A stretch of DNA of 64,000 bases from assembly GCF_963921235.1 (NCBI RefSeq), contig NC_086097.1, forward strand, positions 35,156,001 to 35,220,000. The letters run 5' to 3'. This DNA comes from Mobula hypostoma (taxonomy: Eukaryota). How positions within the stretch are numbered: the stretch's first letter is position 1; the number at the start of each line of letters is the position of its first letter. The notes below the pieces were generated by a model. The model had not been told where the DNA came from and searched no databases. It was given only the letters and a program-made list of their open reading frames with translations. Positions 53,916-64,000 of this stretch are shown here, one piece after another. The position numbers and the translations under genes were made by a program.

Positions 53916-54726
53916 GTAAGTAATGATAATTCTATTATAAATCCATTAATTTATAACTGTTCTTGGGATGATTATAAGGGCTGATAAAATAGTTCCACTA
54001 ATTATTGAGCTGTCATTTTTCTAAAATGTAACGTCCTCTTAAATGCTTTTGACTGCACAAGATCTCCTCTATGACGGGAGATCTCCTTTAATCCACGAAG
54101 ATGTGTCCATTCCTTACTGTGATTTAATTCTGTACTCATTAACCCAGATGGAAGGAACATTTGTTAATTGAGCAGAGATATTCCGCTTTATCAATACCTT
54201 CAGCACCATCGTCAATGAACATTTATTACCTATTTAGTCAATGCTCATTTGAGTGCCCTGGCACATCAACTCTGTCTATCAAGGAGCCCTGTGCTCACTT
54301 AGATTTTCTGCAATTTTAATTTGTGATAGAATCTCAGAGATCCCAAGCTCTACCCGGAGTAGAGTATAATCAAATAAAGTGGGACAACTCATGTATTAGA
54401 TTTTTCTTGAAGGGGGTTTGCATTCACAAGCTGGATCAAATTACAGAGTCTGAATTATTTTGTATCTGTATGCTGGAAATTTTGATTTACTGATCAACTT
54501 GTTCTAAGTATACTGTGGAATGATACTGTAGAACTGTTTACATATGAGTGGGTTTGGAAAGAGAATGATAGTTTTGAAATAGTTTTAATTGTAATATGCT
54601 CATTTTGTTAAAATAAAAACAACAAAGGAAAAAAAGTCAAAAATTAATTGGCTAAGATACCTTAATTTTGACTTTTATGAAGCAAACTTTTTAGAATACT
54701 GAAAGAAATGACATATTGTTCATTCA

Positions 54727-56042
54727 CCCTGTCTCTTGCACTGACTCTCACAGCTATCTGGACTATTCCTCTTCTCACCCTGTCTCTTGCAAAAACGCCA
54801 TCCCCTTCTCGCAATTCCTCCGTCTCCGCCGCATCTGCTCTCAGGATGAGGCTTTTCATTCTAGGACGAGGGAGATGTCTTCCTTTTTTAAAGAAAGGGG
54901 CTTCCCTTCCTCCACTATCAACTCTGCTCTTAAACGCATCTCCCCCATTTCACGTACATCTGCTTTCACTCCATCCTCCCGTCACCCCACTAGGAATAGG
55001 GTTCCCCTGGTCCTCACCTACCACCCCACCAGCCTCCGGGTCCAACATATTATTCTCCGTAACTTCCGCCACCTCCAACGGGATCCCACCACTAAGTACA
55101 TCTTTCCCTCCCCCCCCACCCTGATTTCCGCAGGGATCGCTCCCTATGCAACTCCCTTGTCCATTCGTCCCCCCCATCCCTCCCCACTGATCTCCCTCCT
55201 GGCACTTATCCGTGTAAGCAGAACAAGTGCTATACATGCCCTTACACTTCCTCCCTTACCACCATTCAGGGCCCCAAACAGTCCTTCCAGGTAAGGCAAC
55301 ACTTCACCTGTGAGTTGACTGGGGTGATATACTGCGTCCGGTGCTCCCGATGTGGCCTTTTATATATTGGCGAGACCCGACGCAGATTGGGAGACCGCTT
55401 TGCTGAACATCTACGCTCTGTCTGCCAGAGAAAGCAGGATCTCCCAGTGGCCACACATTTTAATTCCACATCCCATTCCCATTCTGACATGTCTATCCAC
55501 GGCCTCCTCTACTGTAAAGATGAAGCCACACTCAGGCTGGAGGAACAACACCTTATATTCCGTCTGGGTAGCCTCCAACCTGATGGCATGAACATCGACT
55601 TCTCTAACTTCCGCTAAGGCCCCACCTCCCCCTCGTACCCCATCTGTTACTTATTTTTATACACACATTCTTTCTCTCACTCTACTTTTTCTCCCTCTGT
55701 CCCTCTGAATATACCTCTTGCCCATCCTCTGGGTCCTCCCCCCCCCCACCTGTCTTTCTTCCCGGACCTCCTGTCCCATGATCCTCTCGTATCCCCTTTT
55801 GCCTATCACCTGTCCAGCTCTTGGCTCCATCCCTCCCCCTCCTGTCTTCTCCTATCAGTTTGGATCTCCCCCTCCCCCTCCAACTTGCAAATCCCTTACT
55901 CACTCTTCCTTCAGTTAGTCCTGATGAAGGGTCTCGGCCTGAAACGTCGACTGCACCTCTTCCTAGAGATGCTGCCTGGCCTGCTGCGTTCACCAGCAAC
56001 TTTGATGTGTGTTGCTTGAATTTCCAGCATCTGCAGAATTCC
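54727..56042 (+). mobile_element. Penelope-like retroelement, 5'-truncated (RT thumb, GIY-YIG endonuclease, 3' UTR)
   Basis: YLDYSSSHP..SQFLRLRRICS; VIYCVRC..LYIGET..HFN..EQHLI..GMN; frameshift in a C run near 55110-55121; 10-bp TSD tgttcattca (54717-26 and 56043-52). Confidence 0.93.
55916..55953 (+). ncRNA. Minimal type I hammerhead ribozyme motif
   Basis: UAGUC-CUGAUGA-AGG(GUCUCGG)CCU-GAAA-CG-UC^GACUG; predicted cut after C55948. Confidence 0.82.
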
Positions 56043-56689
56043 TGTTCATTCAGCTGACTTTCTGGAATCTTAAATATTAAGACATAAAAACTGAAAATCC
56101 AATTGTTTTGGATGGGGAGAGACATTAGTTAGTGATAATACATGATTTATTTTAGCCTGCCCAATGGATTTTTACTTGGAACACAGAGATGAAACTAAGC
56201 TCCTTAGCACATGGTTTTGGTATGCTATGAGAGAAATAGAAATTTTTTAGAATGAAATTGTAAAGTCAATGGATTAAGGTCTTTATAGGTAAAATAATCT
56301 GGGCTATTGATTGCCGGATGTCTTTCATTTTCTTCCTGCATTTAAACCCAGCTAACAGCGGAAAATACATTTCAGCTAAAATGTTTTTTAATTTTTTTTA
56401 AATTTCTAGCAATGACATCTTTTTAAAATTATTTGAATTTATTCAAACTCATCATGATAAAGAAGGTGATGAGTGCAAATTTCCGTGATGGTATGTCCTT
56501 GTTATCACTGATCTATTTCTCCCCCTGCATTGCCAGAGTGCATTGAAATTCTTGACGATCCAAAGTGATAAATGAAATTGGGTAAAGTTACGCTTTGGTG
56601 GCGTGAGGTGTCTGGGGGGAGTTTGGGCTGGCAAGAGCATGAGAGGAGCATGTTTATATCATCTGCAGCTCTGTAACACTAATGTTTCT

Positions 56690-57230
56690 GTTGACATTAA
56701 TGGTGTTGAAGTTTGGAGGGTTGAGAGTTTTGAGTGCCTAGGTGTGAACATCACCAACGTCCGTCCTGCTCCAACCACATTGATGTCACTGGTAGAAAAC
56801 CTCACAAACACCCCTACTTCCTCAGGAGGCTAAAGAAATACAGCATGCCCCCATTTACTCTTACCGATTTGTGTGAATGTGCCATGGACAGTATTCTGTC
56901 CAGATGCATAACAGCAAGTGCACTACACATAGCAGCAAGAAACTGCAGAGTTGTGGACTTAGCTTAGCACGTCACGGGAACTAGACTGTCCTCTAAGGAC
57001 TATATCTTGCTGCCTCAGTAAAGCAGCCAGCATAATCAAAGACACCACCTACTGCAGACACTCTCTCTTCTCCCTTTCCCACTGGGCAGAAGATACGACA
57101 GCCTGGAAGCACGTAGCACCAGGATCAAGGATAGTTTCTATCCCTCTGTCAATCGTCTCTTGAATGGACCGCTTGTATGATAAGATGGGCTCGTGGCCTC
57201 ATAATCTACCTCATTATGATCTTGCACTTT
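56690..57230 (+). mobile_element. Degraded Rex1/Babar-type fragment
   Basis: FECLGVNIT, YFLRRLKK. Confidence 0.65.
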
Positions 57231-57231
57231 A

Positions 57232-58530
57232 TCATAGAACATAAAATGTAGAACAGTACAGCACAGGAACTGGCCCTTTGGCTTACAGTGTTGTGCCAAG
57301 CCAAGTAAATTAGTAATCAAATAGCCAACTAAACTAATCTCTTCTGACTACACGATGTCCATATATTTCCATTTTCCTCACATCTATACGCCTATCTAAA
57401 CATCTCGTAAAAGTCCCTAATGTTTCTGTCTCTACCGCCACCCCAGGCACCCACCACCACCACACTGTGTGTGTGTGAGTGTGTGTGTGTGGTGTGTGTG
57501 TGTGTGTGTGTGTGAGTGTGTGTGTGTGGTGTGTGTGTGTGTGAGTGTGTGTGTGTGTGTGTGTGTAAAAAAAAAAAAAAAAACTCCTTTGAAATTACCC
57601 CCTCCCACCTTACATATATTCCTTCTGGTATTAGATATTTTGACCCTGGGAAAAAGATACTTTCTGTCTACTATGTTTGCCTCTCATAATTTATCAGATC
57701 TCCTCTCAGTCTCTGCTGCTCCAGAGAAAACAGCCCAAGCTTGTCCAAACCCTCGTTTTAGCATTTATCCTCTAATCCAGACAGGGGTGCAATGCTAGCC
57801 AGAGCACACCGGAGCTAAAAAAACATCCAGTGAGAGGATTTAACACGATGTTTTCACTCACAGAACAGCCACTCGCCGGATTTTGTTTTTGTTTTTGGCA
57901 TCATTCTTTGTAAACTCCAGAGTCTGATGTGCGTTTATATAAAAAAAAATCCCAGGAGAACAGCACTTTCTGAGATACTCAAATCACCCTGGGCAACACC
58001 TAATTAATTAGCTTGTTTATTTTGGCTTTTTTCTTAAAGATGAGCTCCGGTTAGCACTGCGCCCCTGAATCCAGGCAGCATCCTGGTAAACTTGTTTTGA
58101 TCCCCCTCCAAAGCCTGTACATCGTTCCTATAATGGAACCAACCAGAAATGTATGCAATACTCAATCCAGACTGAATCCAAACAGACAATTCCCCAGCAA
58201 TCTCTTCTCTTGCCTCTCTCAATAACCTGGGGTATATCCAATCAGATTCTAGGGACTTATCCACATGAATGCTCTTTTAACAGACCTAACATTACCTTGT
58301 CCTTTATCTCGAAATGCCCTATCATATCAATATGCTCAGCACTGATCTCCCAGTCCTCCACGTCCTTCTCCTTGGAAAATACTGGTGTAAAGTACTCATT
58401 AAGTACTTGTAAGCTACCCACATCCTCCACGTTCAAGCAAATGTTCGCCCTTTACCCTTGGGTGGTCCTACCTTCTGCCTAATACAGTAATCCTCTTGTT
58501 CCTGCTGTATGTAGAGAATGTTGTTTTCCT
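57232..58530 (-). mobile_element. Patchwork of old CR1 fragments containing a (TG)n tract and a Tc1-MITE-like piece
   Basis: atagaacata..cagcacaggaac tail; FTRMLPG; IYPRLLREAREEIAG. Confidence 0.6.
57466..57566. repeat. Imperfect (TG)n microsatellite followed by an A run
   Basis: Directly visible. Confidence 0.97.
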
Positions 58531-58827
58531 ACACTGTACTTCTTTGGTGGCTTTATTCTGCATTGTTATAATTTTATCTTGCTCCAGCTGAATGCACTGT
58601 ATAATTATTTGATGTTTATAAATAGTATGCAAGGAACACATAGAAGGTGCTGGAAAAACTCAGCAGGCCAGGCAGCATCCATGGAAAGGAATAAGCAGAC
58701 CGACCTCTCATCAGCACTGTACAGTATGCAAGACAAGCTTTTCACTGTATTTTGGTGCATGTGACAAAAATACACCAATACCAATTTCAAGCAAGAGGTC
58801 AGATCTATGAAGGAGGATTAGAGATGA

Positions 58828-58838
58828 CATACATACAT

Positions 58839-58887
<49 letters not shown>
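58828..58887. repeat. (TACA)n/(CA)n microsatellite
   Basis: Directly visible. Confidence 0.95.
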
Positions 58888-58891
<4 letters not shown>

Positions 58892-59085
58892 CAGCAGGCC
58901 AGACAGCATCTATGCAAAAGAGTAAATATTCAACATTTCTGGTTGTGGCTGTGACCCCTAATGAAGGGCCTTGTCCTGAAACGTTGACTGTACTCTTTTC
59001 TATAGATGCTGCCTGGCCTGTTGAGTTCCTCCAGCATCTTGGGTGTGTTGCTTTGGATTTCCCGCATCTGCAGGTTTTCTCTTGT
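58888..59085. mobile_element. Head-to-head pair of Penelope 3'-end fragments with a decayed hammerhead
   Basis: 58888-58939 is the reverse complement of about 58978-59028. Confidence 0.75.
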
Positions 59086-60084
59086 TGGAGATGATGGTCT
59101 GCAATTGTGATTACACCAATTTCGAGTTTTGGCTAGCCTTGGCTTCAAGAAAGAGTCAAGTGGGTTAGTCAGTTCCTTGTGGGTAATGTGACTCGTCTAG
59201 CATGCATAAACAACTAACAGCATATGTAATCTGTGTGGTGTAAAATAATATTTTAGCTTGACTGTATTAATGCATAGTATCTGGAAACTGTGTAGAGTCA
59301 CCGTCACCTTATTGTAAAGATTCCCAGAAATACAGGAGGCATTTTATTTTTTGTGCTGTATGCTTGGAGAAGCACATTGAACAACCATCATCATGACATT
59401 TTAATCAGTGATACAAAGGTTTGTTACATCACTGAGTCAGTATTAATAAGGAAGTTCCAATCCCATTCAAATTCACATTTGCTTTGAAATTTCCTCCAAT
59501 AATTGCAAACGAAGGGCGATTAAAACAATGAAAGGACAGAGGCTTGCGGACAGTTTGCAAGGACAATTAACAGTCCTTGAGTGCAAAGGGAAAGCTGTAC
59601 TTAAAAGAAAACAGACGATTTAGTTAGCAATGTTTTATTTGACCAGTTTCTATGAAAGGAAAATTGTGATATTGCACATAAGAGTCCTCCAAGGGCACAA
59701 CCAGCAGAATATATTGTGTGACGGGTCTGTGGCTTGTGAGATTGGGGATTAAGTATGAGCATGGATTGTGGTTTGGTTATTGAGCAGAAAATAGAGCATA
59801 TAAATAAAGATATCATTTTCAAGGCAGCAATATAGCTGAGTGTCGCTTGGGACATACATATTTATTATCAACATGAAAATAATGTTTTCAAGCTTGTTGA
59901 CAATATAAAGCTAGCGGGCAAAGCATCCCATGGGCATGGAAGGATAGACTCCAGTTGAGTAACTGAGCCAAAAGATGTCACATACAACACAATGTGGAGA
60001 AATCTGAAATGACCTTCTCAGTCTGGAACGATGGAAATGTAGTAAATATTAAGATCGAGAGGCATTCTTATACAGCACATTTTA

Positions 60085-60360
60085 TTTATTTAGAGACACA
60101 GTGCAGAATTGGTCCTTTGAGCCATACTGCCCAGCAATCGCTGATTTAACTCCTGCCCAATCATGGGACAATTTACAATGACCAATTAACCCGCTAAACG
60201 GTGTGCTCTTGGACTGTGAGAGGAAACCGAAGGACCCAGAGACGGCCCATGCATTGCACGGAGAGGAAGTACAGACTCCTTACAGTTGATGTCGGAAAGG
60301 AGCTCCGATGTCCCAAGCTATAATAGCGTTATGCTAATCACTATGCTTTTGTGGCACCCA
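60085..60360 (-). mobile_element. tRNA-derived SINE inserted in a degraded CR1
   Basis: Reverse complement of the ggtttcctcYcacagtcc core typical of fish/shark SINEs. Confidence 0.7.
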
Positions 60361-61689
60361 ACATGATTGCTGAAAGTTGATGGGAAAAATAGCAAGCAAG
60401 TATATCGTTCGCCCGTATTGTAAGAGACTGAGTACATGAGTGCAAAGTCTCGCTCTGATCCTGTCGGGTATCAAATCTGGACTATTGAGGACAACCTTGA
60501 TCATCTAACCTCAGGATAAACACAGCAGAGGTTTATTTGATATTTCTTAGGATGGGACAGCTGTCTTATGAGTAGGATGGTGTAGCATAGGGTCCCTGAA
60601 GTTTATTGAAACAAGATTTTGTCAGATTCAAATATACAAACTCTTCAGGAGTGTGACAGAGTAACTTGCTGGGTGGCTGCACCCATTGGCAGGAGAGTCT
60701 CGGACGAGGCGCCGTGAGGGGATATGGTGCAAACTTTCAAAGTAACCTATTGTTCATTCAGAATGAGATGAAGAGATTTTATTTAAAGAGATTAAGGGTG
60801 TGAATATTTGGAATCAGATCCAAATGAATTTGGACTTTTCCTCTCTGATTAACCCCACCCCTATCTCTGGCTTGATGCCTTCACTGTACATGCAAACTAA
60901 GTGTTTTGGTTGGGAATGCTGGTGGGTTTAAGGATGTAGGCAGATGAACTTTGTCATATTTCAAACAATAGTTTCAACATGTTTTTGCTGTTATTTTGAT
61001 TCCGTTAATCTCTGGATGCCACTGACAATGTGCAGGAGAAAAGTGCTGGGGAGTAACAAACCACTCTTGGAGAATAGCTTCTTCGTATTTTATTACTGAG
61101 GAGCCAGACAGTGTTCTTATCACACTGAGTGAATTTCATTATATCCAGCTGCAGATCATGGAATATTGCAGTTTATAGCATTCTGTCTTCTGCTGACTCA
61201 GATGCTTCTAAGATATAGAATTGGGGAATTTCATCTTGAGACTCCTGGAATTTGTTATGGTACAGCTGATTAAAAAATAATGGGAGTTAAATTCTGTTTA
61301 AAAAAACATGATAGTAACACTGTCAGTACTGAAGCTGAGGCAATACCTGTGACACTCTTCAAATGCTTGGGAAACTTGATAGAGGTAAAGATTTCCTCAG
61401 ATCTTTTTTTTAAAAAAAAGGACACTGCACTTGCCTTTCATGGCCTATTGGTACTCAAACCTATCCACAGAGTTTTGAAGTATTTGCCCCTGTGGTATCA
61501 TATGATACAGTATATCCCCAAGAAGCTCACATACTTGAGTATGTTGAGGATAAGTCTCTGTTTTTACTTTGTGATTTAGTCTTTGCAATCTCAGTAGGGT
61601 ATGTACAGCTCACTCTCTTTATTGTTTACGGTGGTGATCAGAATCAAGCATCCCTGTAATGTTAGATTCTTGGAAACTACTGAATCATA

Positions 61690-62120
61690 CTCAGGATCAC
61701 TGACATATACCATGAAATTTGTGTTTGTGGCAGTGGTACAGTGCAATACATAATAATAGGGAAAGATACCATGAATTTCAGTAAATATATAATAGTTAAA
61801 TTAAATAAATCGTACAAAAAATGGAAATAAAAAAAGTAGTGTGGTAGTTTTCATGGGTCAATGTCCATTCAGAAATTGGATGGCAGAGGGGAAGAAGCTG
61901 TTCTTGAATTGTTGAGTGTGTGCCTTCATACCAGACAATGATGCAGCCAGCTTGAATGTGGTACTTTTGTAGAAATACGTGAGTGTCTTTGGTGACATAC
62001 GAAATGTCCTCAAACTCCTCATGAAGTATAGCTGCTGTCATGCTTCTTTGTAGCTGCATCATTATGTTGGGTCCAGGATAGGTCCACAGATATTTGTGGT
62101 GTCTCTGCACAACTACATGT
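61690..62120 (-). mobile_element. Rex1/Babar-type 3' fragment
   Basis: Similar to 2742-3170. Confidence 0.65.
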
Positions 62121-62149
62121 GAAAGCATGCATGCAGGAGATGGCTTTTA

Positions 62150-62174
62150 CTGGTGTGTTCACATTGGGGGGGGG

Positions 62175-62205
<31 letters not shown>

Positions 62206-64000
62206 AAGTGCATATGTAGACAACAGTGCGTGCGCAGTCAACAGATCAATATGTAGTGCTAAGGGTCATTGCTCTAAAAGAAATAGATCCATATATTATA
62301 CTGCTTCCCCCTTTAGATTAATTCACCATAAAACTGTATATGTGCAAAACATTCAATTTCCCTTTCATAAATCCATATCCCAAATAAACATGCTTTCACA
62401 TTAACAGTCATAACTAACTTCATACTTCTAAGGGTTCAGTCTTTTGGGTGGCATTCTGTTTCTTTCAGGATAGAGCCTCTGGACCTGTGGAGTGACATCA
62501 GATTTGGTAGGGGTCTTGTCTAAGACAACTTTCTTGCTTTCCAGTGTCATGTTGCTGTCAGTGACATCATCACTGAGAGGTAATTCTGGTGACTGCAATG
62601 TGTCCATCTTGTTGGATGCAATTGACTCAGGTGTGTTCTGTGGTTGAACACCCAGTATCTGGTCCACATGACGTCTCCGTGTCTGATCTCCAACATCCAC
62701 TGTGTACATCAGTGGTCCAGTTCTTGTAGCTGTCCTACCGGGTGTCCACTTGTCTTCTCGGTAATCGTGCAGTAGGTCTTCCTGTCCAATCTTGAAGCTC
62801 CTTGCTGCTTCAGTTGGTAACTGACTGAACTGTTTATTCTGTACTTCCCTCCGGAGGTCTTGTTTCAGAAGGTGTCTATGCGAGATCTCAGATCCCTGTT
62901 CATGAGCAACATTGCGGGTGTTTGATTTGTCATCATAAGTACAGTGTTTTGATACACAAAAAGGAAGTTGTCTACCTTGTGCTGTAGAGAAATGTCCTCC
63001 TTGTCCATCATTTTAATGGACTTCTTGAAGGTTTGGATAAACCTTTCAGCTCACCCATTCATTGCTGGGTGGTGAGGGGTTGATTTGAAATCTCTGATGC
63101 CATTTTTCTTCATGAACAGTCTGAATTCTTCTGACGTGTATTGTGGTCTGTTGTCACTCACAATTTGTTCTGGCAAGCCATTTCTGGCAAAGATAGCCCT
63201 CAGAGCAGAGACAGTCTTTGTGGAGGTGGTTGATTTCATTGGTATGACCTCCGGTCACTTTGAATGAGCATCCACAGCAATCAGAAACATGGAGTCCATG
63301 AATGGCCCAACAAAGTCCATATATACTCTTTGCCATGGTGATGAAAGCCACTCCCATGTGTGTAACAGTGCCTGTGGGGGAGCATTTGGAACTTTTTGGC
63401 ATCCTGACCAGCTTTTGGGCAAGTCTTCCGTCTGCTTATCCATTCTCTTCTCAAACACCTTCTGACTAGCATTAAGCCACTGTGACAGTTGGTACAACAA
63501 TGTGGGCTGCAGTTGCCTGTTGATGGCACACTGAGAGCTTTGACTGAGTGCTAGTCTAGTAGGATTTTTCTCAGCCGTTCACATCCGAAAAGTGATGGTC
63601 CTCTACTTTGCTGTGTCTGGCCTCCATATGTCACATTTACCTTCAGTTTGCCTTTGGGAGACACTTCTTTGCCTGTGCAGGTCTTTAGCATCACTGAGGT
63701 CTTCTTTAGAAAACAGTCTGTTGTAATCAGCCTCTGGCATTATGGACAAGGTTGACCCTGAATCAAGCTCCATTTTCAGTTTTACACCGGACACATCTAT
63801 TGTGATTCATATTATATTGTGATCTGCTTCAGTAATACTGTGCACTTCTAGGCATGACAGTTCACCTTTGTCAGGCTCCATTGTCCTGATTCTGTTTTAC
63901 ATTCAGTCACTTTATACAGTTCCTTAATTTTGTGTTTGAGATTTTTCACTTGGTTGTGCTTTTTGTCTGCTTTGCACACTCTCTCGACGTGACCTTGTCT
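62150..64000 (-). mobile_element. Decayed Gypsy LTR retrotransposon (gag end, protease, integrase; RT deleted); runs off the window end
   Basis: MELDSGS protease; PWQRVYMDFVGP..VDAHSK..IVSDN..HPAMNG integrase; PPT-like aaagggggaag near 62304-62314. Confidence 0.85.
62165..62201. repeat. G run + (GA)n
   Basis: Directly visible. Confidence 0.9.

Noticed and set aside
54199..54219. REST/RE1 site (TTCAGCACC)
   Set aside because: Only the left half matches; the GGACAG right half is absent. A similar weak partial match lies near 46641

Overview
Eukaryotic, repeat-rich vertebrate genomic DNA. The repeat repertoire suggests a cartilaginous fish (inference). The window lies inside a KCNH5 (EAG2/Kv10.2) potassium-channel gene on the + strand. 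Two coding exons of the N-terminal PAS domain are present (10665-10788 and 53809-53915; exons 2 and 3 by analogy to the human gene), separated by a 43,020-bp intron. The rest is intron filled with transposable elements, often nested: CR1 LINEs, Rex1/Babar-type LINEs, Penelope-like elements, a HERO/R2-superfamily element, two Gypsy LTR relics, Tc1, Tigger/pogo and hAT DNA transposons, SINEs and microsatellites. No transposon ORF is intact. The most notable observations are: (i) several minimal hammerhead-ribozyme motifs in Penelope 3' ends, two of them intact and in the sense of the KCNH5 pre-mRNA, bracketing exons 2-3; (ii) an inverted Penelope pair flanking exons 2-3, which total 231 nt and are phase-symmetric; (iii) three independent young CR1 copies sharing the same RT frameshift; (iv) a 388-bp near-perfect inverted duplication and a pseudoknot-like 3' UTR in the HERO element; (v) a few candidate regulatory motif clusters. 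Family names come from recalled motifs, not database searches.
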